Origin: Octopus sinensis | Lineage: Eukaryota | Length of the DNA: 64,000 nt | NCBI RefSeq assembly: GCF_006345805.1 | Contig: NC_043015.1 | Location: 10,726,001-10,790,000 of the forward strand | Direction: 5' to 3' | Part shown: positions 1 through 12,316 of the stretch, one piece after another | Numbering within the stretch: the stretch's first letter is position 1 | Layout: each line of letters opens with the position of its first letter | Translations under genes and position numbers: made by a program | The notes under the pieces: generated by a model | The model's database searches: none | What the model saw: the letters and a program-made list of their open reading frames with translations, nothing else | Told to the model about the DNA's origin: nothing

Positions 1-717
1 AGCCCAAAGTATTTCTCTCGACACATGGCTGTGACACTCACCCACTTCGGTTCGTTTTCATTGATGCACATATCGCGAACCACTGAAATGCTCATCTGTT
101 TAAATTTAACCAACTGAAAGGCAAACCTCTGGTATCGAGCAGCTTATTTGCAGTAGCGGATCTTTTACGCCAACACAAAACATGTACGTGACAACAATTC
201 CAACCAATTAACATCAAAAGACAATAAAATAAAGTACTGGTTACGTATGGATCAATGTAATCGACAAATCTATCCCCTAAAATTTAAGGTCTTGTGACAA
301 AAGTTATCTGGATTATTTCTATACAATTGTGGAACAGAAATTAACACATCCTTTATTTGTTTCGTTTGCTGTTCTGCTCCTTTGCTGCAATTACAGAATA
401 TATATTAATTTTTACCCGAGAAATAATTAGTAATAAAATAACATTAATGATGTCTTTTCAAATATAAACTATATTCTCTATAAGAAATTGCTACTTTTGT
501 AAAATGTTGAATTTATCTTGTTTGATTTGCCACAAGTTATGACACGCTGATGATTCCTATGAAAATTGAAACAGCACTATAGATGGCTACCAAAGACTAG
601 AATCTATTAACTATATGCACTGAAACGATGTATGTATCCCCAATTCATATATAAATTCTACAGATTCAAATCTACTTGAAATTAGCTTAATTTGTGTGAG
701 ATCGTTTCCCCTTCTAA

Positions 718-1288
718 TATTGAGTTGTCCGGAAAGTTCGTGTCGAGTTATAGCAGCTTAGTTTTCGACTTATTTTAGAGCATGTTTGAGTCCACAAAAT
801 AGGATTTGACTACACCTCCATTTAGAGCACAGTTTAAGATATCTTTTCGTGGAAGAAGATTTATGTTCTTATAAAATGTGTTAATTTTGTAACCCTTTGA
901 TATGAAAGATAAGAAAGTTCATTTTCCGTACTTGATGCTTTGGGAACCAGACAAAAATTGCTGCAGCTCGGCTGGGATGTGTTACCCCACCCTCCATATT
1001 CACCAGATATTGTTCCTTCGGATTTCCACTTATTCAGGTCTCTGCAGAATAGTCTTAATGGCAAAATTTTAAATTATTTGGATGACGTAAAAATTATACC
1101 TTGATGAATTCTTTGCCATGAAACTACCTCAATTCTGGGAGGAGGGTATTTTCAAGTTAAAGGCAAGATGGAGACCCATTATGCAACAAAATGGTTCATA
1201 TTTAGTTGATTAAAAATGTAAAGGCATGTATTTATTGTCCTTTTTCTTTCCTTTAAAAATCGGCATGAACTTTACGGACAGTCCAATA
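718..1288 (+). mobile_element. Mariner-family DNA transposon, internally deleted remnant
   Basis: Imperfect TIRs (tattgagttgtccggaaagttcgtgtcga / rc tattggactgtccgtaaagttcatgccga) bounded by TA; encloses a transposase C-terminus. Confidence 0.9.
940..1213 (+). pseudogene. Mariner transposase C-terminal fragment (frameshifted)
   Basis: Translates TRQKLLQLGWDVLPHPPYSPDIVPSDFHLFRSLQNSLNGK (YSPDLAPSD motif), then after a frameshift YLDEFFAMKLPQFWEEGIFKLKARWRPIMQQNGSYLVD*. Confidence 0.88.
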
Positions 1289-1809
1289 TTTAACAGCCAG
1301 TGGTACTGCGTGTTTAAAATATAATTGTTTGACATTTAAATAACACATGAACTGCTTTTGAAGGGATTAATATATATTGGAGATATGTGCATAATTAACA
1401 GGCCAGAGGTGATGAACTATATAACTGACATCACCAGTCCTATGTCCTGGAAAATAACTGGTTACCAGTTAAAACTTATTAGAACGACGCCACTAATAAA
1501 CTAATATTTAGCTACGAAACGTCGTCAGAGATATATTCGAGAAGGAAAGCATTTGTACGCACAACGGGAAAAGCAGTCAATATCCCATGGATCGACTTAA
1601 TTAATCTTAACGAGATGGTGTAAGTGATAGGACATTTGGCAGCATGCCACGCTATGCTGTTATAATATGATAGAAAAACAATGAAGCAAAGATCATGCTA
1701 TGCTAATACAGCAATGTATGTTTTTACAGCCAGGCTGCAAGCTGTGACCAGCACGTTAGTGGTGAATTATTTAATAGTAATGATTTGGCTAATTTACTAG
1801 AGAGACACA

Positions 1810-1922
1810 CACATATACACTTACACATGCTCGCACACATATACACATACATTTATATGTGTATATGTACGCATGGATGAATGTATGTATGTATATATAT
1901 ATATATATATATATATACATAC

Positions 1923-1956
<34 letters not shown>

Positions 1957-1963
1957 TATATAT

Positions 1964-2006
<43 letters not shown>

Positions 2007-2096
2007 TATATATGTATATATATATGTATGTATATATATACATATTTATATATGTATATATAGGCATGTATATATGTATGTATATACATGGATGTT

Positions 2097-2128
<32 letters not shown>

Positions 2129-2210
2129 CGTGTGTGTGCGCGTGTGTGTATATGTATAGACGTATATTTATATACATATGTATATGTATATTTTAGATTG
2201 CACATATATA

Positions 2211-2270
<60 letters not shown>

Positions 2271-2305
2271 GTGTGTGTGCGTGTATGCATATGCGTATTC
2301 CTGTG
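1810..2305. repeat. Compound (TA)n/(TG)n microsatellite
   Basis: Directly visible dinucleotide tracts. Confidence 0.95.
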
Positions 2306-2439
2306 TATTTGTCTGGTTTTATCACATCTGGTACGTTTCTATAAGTCCGATGTTTAATTGTTTTTCAGGCTCTGGCGTCGATTAATCACTTTTATCAGTT
2401 CCTTTTTCCTTCCTCGTCTACTGCCTTGTTCCCATCTTC

Positions 2440-2446
2440 ACCATTC

Positions 2447-2491
<45 letters not shown>

Positions 2492-4304
2492 CCATTATCG
2501 TCGTCGTCATCATCATCATCATCATCATCACCATCATCATCATCTTCATTATCATCATCATGATTATCGTCTTCATCATCATCATCATTATCATCATTAT
2601 CGTCGTCATCATCATCATGGCCATCACATTCATGAAGACCATCGCCGGTGGCGGCCCTTCTCTTACCCATCTAATTCATCATCCCGTCTTTATGATGACG
2701 ATGTTGAATACAGCAGATAAAACGCAAGATGATTATTATCATATTCAGAATGATGGTGGTGGTGTCGATGAGAAGGGGAGGTACGTGGGCGTTAGTGTCA
2801 TGGCGGTCAATGCGGATGGGGATGTAGAAGCAGAAGACGGGTAAGGTGTCAGCGATAATGGCAAAGGTAATGATGATATTGATGTTGATGACAGCGGTAA
2901 TGCTTGAGGTGGGCATTGTGCTGTTCGTGATAGTGGTTGTATTGACGATAGTGGTGTTAGTGCATATTTTTAATGGTGATGATGTTCATCGTGGACATCA
3001 TCATCATCAACATCGTCATTATCATCACTGTCACCTGAAAAGTCATTAATTTCATCATTATCATAATAATGGTCCTCCTGGCCAATGGCAATTGTCATAA
3101 AGTTGAAACATGTTGATAATGGTGAGAGAAATGATGACAGCGATGATGATGATGATGATGGCGATTATTTTCACGTTGGTCAACATTTTCATAATCATCA
3201 TCGTCATCATTGCCGTCGTCTTGGTTGTCGTCACCGTAATCATCATCATCATCATCATCATCATCATATTCACCATGATGATGATGATGATCATCATCAT
3301 CATCATTATCATCTTCAACATCATCATCAACAACATCATCATCATCGTCATCATCATCATCATCTTCATCATCATCGTCATCATCATCATCATTATCATC
3401 ATTATCGTCGTCATCATCATCATCATCATCATCATCACCATCATCATCATCTTCATTATCATCATCATGATTATCGTCTTCATCATCATCATCATTATCA
3501 TCATTATCGTCGTCATCATCATCATGGCCATCACATTCATGAAGACCATCGCCGGTGGCGGCCCTTCTCTTACCCATCTAATTCATCATCCCGTCTTTAT
3601 GATGACGATGTTGAATACAGCAGATAAAACGCAAGATGATTATTATCATATTCAGAATGATGGTGGTGGTGGTGTCGATGAGAAGGGGAGGTACGTGGGC
3701 GTTAGTGTCATGGCGGTCAATGCGGATGGGGATGTAGAAGCAGAAGACGGGTAAGGTGTCAGCGATAATGGCAAAGGTAATGATGATATTGATGTTGATG
3801 ACAGCGGTGATGCTTGAGGTGGGGATTGTGCTGTTCGTGATAGTGGTTGTATTGACGATAGTGGTGTTAGTGCATATTTTTAATGGTGATGATGTTCATC
3901 GTGGACATCATCATCATCAACATCGTCATTATCATCACTGTCACCTGAAAAGTCATTAATTTCATCATTATCATAATAATGGTCCTCCTGGCCAATGGCA
4001 ATTGTCATAAAGTTGAAACATGTTGATGATGGTGAGGGAAATGATGACAGCGATGATGATGATGTTGATGGCGATTATTTTCTCGTTGGTCAACATTTTC
4101 ATAATCATCATCGTCATCATTGCCGTCGTCTTGGTTGTCGTCACCGTAATCATCATCATCATCATCATCATCATCATATTCACCATGATGATGATGATGA
4201 TCATCATCATCATCATTATCATCTTCAACATCATCATCAACAACATCATCATCATCGTCATCATCATCATCATCTTCATCATCATTGTCATCATCATCAT
4301 CACC

Positions 4305-4357
<53 letters not shown>

Positions 4358-4400
4358 AATCATCATATTATCATCATCATCATCATCATCACTATCGTGA
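2440..4400. repeat. (CAT)n/(GAT)n low-complexity block containing a ~910-bp two-copy tandem duplication
   Basis: Unique markers recur at ~907-910 bp offset (e.g. tcataataatggtcctcctggcc at 3061 and 3971). Confidence 0.9.
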
Positions 4401-4817
4401 TGATCACAACGGTTATTACGTTAATAATCATTCCAAAAGATCTTGTTCATATTCCATGTGACAACGTCAGTGATTAAGATGATCAAAAAGATGGCAGCGA
4501 TAACGCTGTTGATAATGCTGTTTCTGATGACAACGATATTAACAATGATTAATGCTAATAACAAGTATGTTGTTGACGGGAATGTTGCACATACAATAAT
4601 AAATACGGTGAAAATATTTCTGCAAATGACGAAGTCTAAATCACTCGAGCTGCATCAGAGAATGAACTGATATACATTAGTGTATTGGTTACATATAGTA
4701 CACTATATGGAATATGACGTTAGTACAGCACTCTACAGCAACAGTTAACTTTTACCTGTTCGCCAACAATTTTGTTTTTACCTGTAGATCGTATCGATTG
4801 CTCTGTGGACATTACAC

Positions 4818-5082
4818 TTTTTACTCTTTTACTTGTTTCAGTCATGTGACTGCAGCCATGATGGAGCAACGCCTTTAGTCGAGTAAATCGACACCAGAAC
4901 TTATTCTTTACTAAGCCTAGTACTCATTCTATCGGGGGTTTTTTTTGCCGAACCGCTAAATTACGGGGGACGTTACCACACCAGCATCGGTTGTCAAGCG
5001 ATGTTGAGGGCACAAACACAGACACACAAACATACACACACAAACACACACATACACACACACACACACACACACCACACAC

Positions 5083-5162
<80 letters not shown>

Positions 5163-5356
5163 TATATATACATACATACATATATATATGCGACTGGCTT
5201 CTTTGAGTTTCTGTCTACCAAATCCACTCACAAGGCTTTGGTCGTCCCGAGGCTATAGTAGAAGTCACTTGCCCAAGGTGCTACACAGTGGGACTGAGCC
5301 CGGAACCATATGTTTCGTGAGCAAGCTACTTACCTCACAGCCACTCCTACGCCTAT
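4818..5356 (-). mobile_element. tRNA-derived SINE, family C (CORE-like body, internal CA/TA microsatellite)
   Basis: Minus-strand head ataggcgtaggagtggctgtg with degenerate A/B boxes and a caccttgggcaagtgac CORE-like segment; other copies at 19.8-21.4 kb, 50.3 kb, 51.6 kb. Confidence 0.85.
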
Positions 5357-5486
5357 AATCCTTACTTGAATCCCATAGTCACTTGATCCTTAAACTTTTT
5401 CCCGTCGCCTGGAACATTCGATTCTTAAACATTTGATGCTTTAAAATATTCTATTATATTATTATTAATAGATATTATTAGGAACC

Positions 5487-5690
5487 AGTATGGTAGCCAG
5501 CACGCTGGGCTAAATGGTTTGCTTTATTTCGTCCGTCTTTACGTTCTGAGTTCAAATTCAGTCGAGGACGAATTGCCTTACATCCTTTGACGGGTCGATG
5601 AAATAAATACCAGTTGATCGCTGGGGTCGATTAAATCGACTTATCCTCTCGATTCAAATTGTTGACCTCGTTCAAAAATTCAAATCAGTA
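5487..5690 (+). mobile_element. Degraded SINE, family M
   Basis: gttctgagttcaaattc B-box region and gcctt-catcctt...gggtcgat...agtaccagt body shared with many copies. Confidence 0.7.
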
Positions 5691-5869
5691 TTATTAGGAA
5701 TGATGTTTCATTTCTGAACCCTCTTTACCTTATCTGGATATTTCTGTTTGCATGTATAACGCGTAATTCTAACAATGAAAAAAAACCTACATAGGTGGGA
5801 GACATTTTAGGACAATAAATTTATTATAAACACTTAGGCCGAGGAAGCATCATGCGCACACTGTTTACA

Positions 5870-6665
5870 TTATTTACAATTGACGAATATTTGTCGTCAT
5901 CTTGTTTGTTGTTAACACAACATTTCGGCTGATATACCCTCCAGCCCTCATCAGGTGCCTGGGGGGAAATTTCGTACCTGGGTTCTCATTCCTAAGGTAT
6001 TTTTCGCGGTTGTTGTTGTTATTATTATTATTATGTTTGACTTTTGCTTTATAGTTGTACAAGTTGGCTCACCCAGAGACCTCAAGAGACAACAGGTTGG
6101 AAGTTCATGTTGTTGTTATGCCTAGTGTGCCATATATTTCTTGTTTTTTTTTGTGTTGTAATAGTGAATATCCCCCCAATAATTATGTTTGTTTTAAACT
6201 CTGAGATTACATAGAGATTACATATTATTATTATTATTATTATTAGTATCATCCAAGTCACTGCGTGGAATAGAACTCGGAATCTGGGGGTTACTATCAC
6301 GCCATCTTAACCACTACGCCATATTGTCGTGGAGTCAATTTTAAGGCATATAAATCTAATATTGTCCTGTCCTTCCTTAACACCGTTTCCCATATGCTAT
6401 CCATGTCTGCACTCGGTCTGCTTAGGAGGTTGTTGTGTCCTAGCATAGGTGCTGCTTCTTTTAGGTTTCGCATTTTCCAGTCTCTATTTTTCCATACATG
6501 ATCAGCTATACCGGATTTATCAATATCTCCCCCGTGTCACAGCCTTGCGATGATTCTCTACCCTTTGAGAGGGCGGCATGTTTGGCCTTTGTATAACCTA
6601 ACACAGCTGCATGGGATGGAATACACGCAGTTCTTTCTCACATTCTCTTCTATTGAAGGTTTTAC
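5870..6665 (-). mobile_element. Penelope-like element 3' remnant: GIY-YIG endonuclease fragment plus pLTR
   Basis: Minus strand encodes NCVYSIPCSCVRLYKGQTCRPLK..(fs)..DIDKSGIADHVWK..WKMRNLKEAA; hammerhead motif downstream at 5914-5959. Confidence 0.8.
5914..5959 (-). ncRNA. Minimal type I hammerhead ribozyme motif (PLE pLTR)
   Basis: [ggcac] CUGAUGA G [ggcug-gaggguauau-cagcc] GAAA UG UU [guguu]. Confidence 0.75.
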
Positions 6666-6667
6666 TC

Positions 6668-6887
6668 GGCGAGCTGGCAGAAACATTAGCATACCGGACG
6701 AAATGCTTGGCGGTATTGCGTCTGTCGTTGCGTTCTGAGTTCAAATTACACCGACTTTGCCTTTCATCCTTTCGGGGTCGATAACTTAAGTACCAGTCAC
6801 GCTGTGGGGTCGATGTAATCGACTTAATCCGTTTATCTGTCCTTGTTTGTCCCCTCTACGTTTAGCCCCTTGTGGGCAATAAAGAAA
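6668..6887 (+). mobile_element. tRNA-derived SINE, family M
   Basis: ggcgagctggcagaaac head, gttctgagttcaaa B box, conserved body, aataaagaaa tail. Confidence 0.85.
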
Positions 6888-6904
6888 CAGATATTTGCGA
6901 TATT

Positions 6905-6924
6905 TGGTACTAGCAGCAGTATCG

Positions 6925-6963
<39 letters not shown>

Positions 6964-7085
6964 CGAGCAGTAACAGCAGCAGTAGTAGTAGTAGCAGCAG
7001 CAGTAGTTGCAGCAGCAGTTGTACTACTACTACTACTACTACTACTACTAGTAGTAGTAGTAGTAGTAGTACTGTGGTAGTATAT
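6905..7085. repeat. (TAG)/(CAG)/(TAC) trinucleotide tract
   Basis: Visible repeats. Confidence 0.9.
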
Positions 7086-7086
7086 A

Positions 7087-7315
7087 GTGAGGAGCTGGCA
7101 GAAACGTTAGCACGCCGGGCGAAATGCGTAGCCGTATTTCGTCTGCCGTTACGTTCTGTGTTCAAATTCCGCCGAGGTTGACTTGCCTTTCATCCTTTTG
7201 GGATCGATAAATCAAGTACTAGTCATGTACTGGGGTCAATATAATCGACTTAATCCGTTTGTCTGTCCTTGTTTGTCCTTTCTGTGTTTGGCCCCTTGTG
7301 GGTAGTTAAAAATAA
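7087..7315 (+). mobile_element. tRNA-derived SINE, family M
   Basis: Near-complete copy of the same family. Confidence 0.88.
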
Positions 7316-7339
7316 AATGGATATAGGATCCGCTGGAGT

Positions 7340-8140
7340 GGTAGAATGGTTGTAGTAGACGATAATTGTGGCAGTGGTGGTGGTTTTGGAGGAGGCGGTA
7401 CTGGTGCTAGTACCTGATGGTAATGATCCTACTTGTGAAGTGGGCCTAGTAGCAGATAGTGGTTAAAGTGAAAATGGTAGGAGCAAAGATGGTAGTGGTA
7501 GTGGTGGTGGTGGTGGTTTGGGTGCGGGTGGTGAGGATGGTGGTGGAAGTGGTGGTGGTAGTCGTTCTCGTGGTTGCTATGGTGGTAGTGGTGGTGTTGG
7601 CGGCGTTGGCTGCGGTTTGATGATGAAGTTCGTGGCGTTCTTGTTGTTGTTGTTGCTGGCGGTGGTGGCCGCGGTGATAATGATGATGGAGGTGATGATG
7701 GTGGTAGGTGTGGTTGGAGAAAGCGGTGTTGATTGGTGGTGCTGCTGGTTTGGTACTAGCGGCTGTGGTGTTGCTGAGGAAAAGGAGAGGTGGTCGTGGC
7801 CGTCGTCGTAACGATAGCCATTGTCGTCGACATTATTTCTGAGATGTTAGTGGAATAAAGTGTACTTGTTTGCAAATAAATCGAACAAAAAACTGTTTCC
7901 AAAAGTTTGGGAAAGTCATGTAATGAGCGAGAATCACAAAGATAGATGTCTCTGAGAGAAAACTCTTATGTGATTCAATTAGAATGCAATGGGTTTGGTT
8001 CGATTATTTGTCATGTTTATTCAATTTTATTTATTTTATTTTCGTTATCAATTGGTACTTTACTTACAGTTACTGGCTTCAGCCGCCTTCATCGCAGGCG
8101 TTGTCGTTATCATCGTCGTAGTGGAAGACGGTGGTGGTGA

Positions 8141-8176
<36 letters not shown>

Positions 8177-8341
8177 GACGAGGAGGTGGTAGATGTGGAG
8201 AAGGAAGTGGAAGAGAAGTAAGAGGAAAAGGAAGAGGAAGTGGAGTAGGTGGAGGAAAAGGAGTGACAGTGATGGTAGTGGTGGTGATGGTGGTAGATGT
8301 GGTAGTTATAGAAGAGATGGCGAAGAAGCAGCAGCAGCTGT

Positions 8342-8411
<70 letters not shown>

Positions 8412-8470
8412 AGTAGCGGCAGCAACAGCAGAAATAATAGTGAGGGTTATAGCGGAAGTGTTAGTCGTTG
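7340..8470. repeat. GGT/TAG/TAT-rich low-complexity region
   Basis: Visible degenerate trinucleotide repeats; the ORFs here are compositionally biased. Confidence 0.8.
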
Positions 8471-8874
8471 TTGTAGTGTTTCTATTGACATTTAAAAAAA
8501 AATTTTTGGTTGTTTCATTTTTTGTTTTTGTTTTTTTTTTTCTTTTTCTTCGAAACAAATTCTTACCGATGCTTGTAAAGTAGTTTGGTAGTCATTACTA
8601 GTTTTTTCTGCTCTTATATCATCTTTAATTTAGTTGTTTCCATTTTCACAAACAAGGCTGCCACACTGTCTCTCCGAAAATGACGGTGGGCCAGACTCAA
8701 TTATTTCTAACGTCAGTGGACAACTTGCTAAGAGATTAATGAGCAATCTTGGAAGAATATTTATTTGTATATATTTCCCAACTTTCTTGTGAAGAATCTA
8801 TCGTTATAGTAATTATTATTAGTAATGGTGTTGTTCTTGATGTTACCGTTGTTATTGTTGCTGTTGTTGTCGTT

Positions 8875-9080
8875 ATTATCACCTCCGCCTTAGCGAAGGC
8901 GGAGGTGTTGTTTCAGTCGTGTTTTTTCCGTTGTTTGTCTGTGGACAAGTTATCTCGAGAACCGCTAGATGAATTTGGGATCGATCCGGTACTGGACAAG
9001 GATTCTGGATTGTTTTTCCTTCTTTATACTTAATTTTCGAGAGCGGCTAGGTTCATTTTATGTATTTGTCAGAGCACTCG
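8875..9080 (+). mobile_element. Probable non-autonomous Helentron/HINE-like element
   Basis: ttatcacctccgcc start with a perfect 12-bp hairpin (8880-8907) followed by gttgtttgtctgt...gatccgg, resembling remembered HINE-type elements. Confidence 0.5.
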
Positions 9081-9369
9081 ATTGTATTTCAGATATTCTC
9101 ATTTTAAAAATCATTTCTTGCTAACCATTCAGAGGACGTTGTTATTGCCTTGGTGGAAGTTTGCGCTCACTGAGCACTCTTGTTTATTTTTATTTTTCTT
9201 CCTGTGCCAAGAGAGTGAGGATGGATCGCTGTAGAAATAGATTGAGAGGAAATTTACTTAGTATAAATAATTTAAATTTAGAACTAAAGCAGGCAGAACA
9301 TGTGGAGGATTCCTTGCTTTCTTGTGAGAAATGGAGAAATGGAGGCAAGGAAAGTCATGGATAATAGTT

Positions 9370-9625
9370 GAGGGGCCGTTCGTGTTGCATTGGCGGAGTT
9401 TTGTGCTCTCTGAGGTCTCTTGGTATTATTATTATTTAGTGAGAGAGCAGTGCATGCCATAAAAGTGACACTGGTGTACAAATATACGAAGCCCATTATA
9501 CCCGTCATGACTACCCATTTGATAAGGTTACACCAGGAACATGCATCACAACCATATATGCGTGACAAGGTAATCTCATATCAACATTAACAGCGCATGA
9601 ACTTCCAGGTGGGGCCTTGTTTATT
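9370..9625 (-). mobile_element. SINE-like repeat, family D (AAT tail)
   Basis: Reverse complement matches 18240-18385 and 18561-18712 (ggcatgcactgctctctcact followed by (AAT)n). Confidence 0.6.
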
Positions 9626-9639
9626 ATTATTATTATTAT

Positions 9640-9686
<47 letters not shown>

Positions 9687-9849
9687 ACGGCATTTCGTCC
9701 GTTTATACGTTCGTGTTCAAATGGCGCCGGGGTCGGTTTTGCCTGCCAGCTCTTTCGGGGTCAATGAAATAAGTACCAGTTGTGCACTTGGTGTCGATGT
9801 AAGCCCCTCTCCGAACTTAATGGTCGTGTGTGAACATTTGACGCCATGA

Positions 9850-9857
9850 TTATTATA

Positions 9858-9892
<35 letters not shown>

Positions 9893-9936
9893 CATTATTA
9901 TTATTATCATCATTATTATTATTATTATTATTATTA

Positions 9937-9976
<40 letters not shown>

Positions 9977-10006
9977 GATTATTAGTATTAGTAGTAGTAG
10001 TAGTAA

Positions 10007-10063
<57 letters not shown>

Positions 10064-10095
10064 CAGCAGTAGTAGTAGTAGTAGTATTATTATGT
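9850..10095. repeat. (ATT)n/(AGT)n microsatellite
   Basis: Visible repeats. Confidence 0.95.
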
Positions 10096-11119
10096 GAGGT
10101 GACAGAATTATTTGCGACCGGGAAAAATGCTTACCGGTATTTCGTCTGCCTTTATGTTCTGAGTTCAATTCCACCTATTAATACTTAAATAACTATATAT
10201 TGTTATCTATATATGGATACGCCAAGGACGTACGCATTACGCTGCAGCGTAGGTAACTGAACGGAGAGACAAAAACCAGAGAATAAGACGGTGGAGGGGT
10301 GTTAACGAAGCGGTGACGCGGGAAAGTAATAGTTATTACGTTAAGATGCTGTCAAGTTGTTATTTCAAGTTACAAAGCGAGAGAAGGAAAGTGTGTGTGT
10401 GTAGAGAGAGAGAGAGCGTACGTGTGCGCGTGTGTACGTGCATGTGTTTACGTATGTGTGTGTGCGTATGTGTGTGTGCGTATGTGTGTGTGTATGCGTG
10501 TGTGTGTTACTGCTGAGAAGCAAGAGAGAAAGAATCCGTGGTACGTTGTGTGTTTAGTTAATTGAATAAAATATGTAGTAAAACATATAAACAGAAGAGG
10601 TGGAAGAGCATGTAGCAGAGTTGGAAAGAGAAGGAAAGAGAAAGGGTGCGAGTGTTGACTTGAAAGGAATGCAGAAGTGGAAACTAGTTACGCTTTTAAG
10701 CGTAGTATAGCAGAATATTGTAACAGACAATAAAAATAAAAGTTTCCTGTCATTACAGGATTTAAGATTCATGCGTTTGTATATCTTCAGTCAGTTGACA
10801 TATCATCTATGAAGATACGTGAATACTTTGACTGACAGAAGATACAATGATTGGTGGCTAGAAATACCGAAAGATAATTAAACCAAAGTGAATTCACTTC
10901 AGCCAATTGTTGTAAATGTTAATTTGAACTTTTTTATGTGTAGCAGCTCAAAGGCTGATGAGATGCTGGGGTGCTGCAATTATTTAGTTTTTGCTTCTCT
11001 TATTTATTTATTTATTTATTTTGTTAGTTATTTTAGTTCAAAGGAGAGGATTGTTAGAATAGACAGAGACAAACATCGACAGAAATGTATGTAGAATATG
11101 ATAGAAAGACAGACAGACA

Positions 11120-11122
11120 CAC

Positions 11123-11190
<68 letters not shown>

Positions 11191-11229
11191 GACTGACTGA
11201 TTGATAGGTATATAGTTAGGTAGGTAGAT

Positions 11230-11298
<69 letters not shown>

Positions 11299-11300
11299 TA
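11120..11300. repeat. (GATA)n microsatellite
   Basis: Visible repeats. Confidence 0.95.
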
Positions 11301-11459
11301 GCCATAGAGGGCCGAAAACAGAGGGGACAAAATACAATGCCGGGTTTTGCTTTAAAAAAAACTTAAAATAAAAAAAACAATTCCAATCAAAAGTTATCGT
11401 GTATCACAGAAATTATCATAAATGTAAAAAAAAAACAGATTAGGTTTATCCATGGAAAG

Positions 11460-12008
11460 AATAGCCTATGGAAACGACCTCGGTAACCTCAGGCGCGAAG
11501 AGGAAAAATACGAGAGCAAAGTGCTATCTCTCTCTCTTTTTTGACTTAGAGGATCATACGCGAAGTGGTTTCGTCATTCGCGCGTATCATCTTTGCTACA
11601 TTCATCCACCGTTTCTTGAAACTTTCAAGAGACAAAACTTGCCTCTCTATTCTCGCCTTCCTTTTCAAGTGATACTTGAAAAAGTTGATGAGGGGTTGAC
11701 CAGAGAGGAAAGTGTTTGTCTCTAAAAATTTCGCTCGAGTCCACCTCAAACATTCTTTCACCATGGCCACCACCTTGCCTTCCCGTTTAAGGGAATGTGG
11801 CGGAACAATTTGCAGTCATGGTGACGCTATATGTTGAAGAACTTTTTGGCTAACAAGAAGGCTTCTTCGGCAATTGGATCCAAGAACTGAAATACCGATG
11901 GGAGATGTGTGTGAAGCACAATGGAGACTATGTTGAAGAAGCATTCTCATTTAATCACATTCCATGAGAGTATCTTAGAGGCCTGTAAACTTTTCAGCCG
12001 ACCATCGT
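11460..12008 (+). mobile_element. Degraded mariner transposon, 3' half
   Basis: FFGNWIQELKYRWEMCVKHNGDYVEE mariner C-terminus; right TIR aacttttcagccgaccatcgta. Confidence 0.75.
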
Positions 12009-12316
12009 ATACCCTTAAAATTATACATACATGCGCACACACAGACAAATACACACACACGCACACACATACACAACACACATACATTCATATATATACA
12101 TATATATATATGTATATATATATGTGTGTGTATATATATATATATATATATACTTGTGTGTGTGTTTGTGCGTATTTCATTACGCAAAAATTATTATGTA
12201 TATAGATATATATATATATATATATACTTTGATACTTTGATACTTTGATAGGTTTCGGCCATTATTGGCCCAGGCCATGTCTAACTTAATAGCACCACCT
12301 GGTGAAGTCTTTCAAG

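Noticed and set aside
1789-5231. Poly-YI, poly-H, poly-D, poly-M and poly-I ORFs (and similar ones across the window)
   Set aside because: Open in several frames on both strands because TA/CA/CAT microsatellites lack stops; no splice or domain evidence
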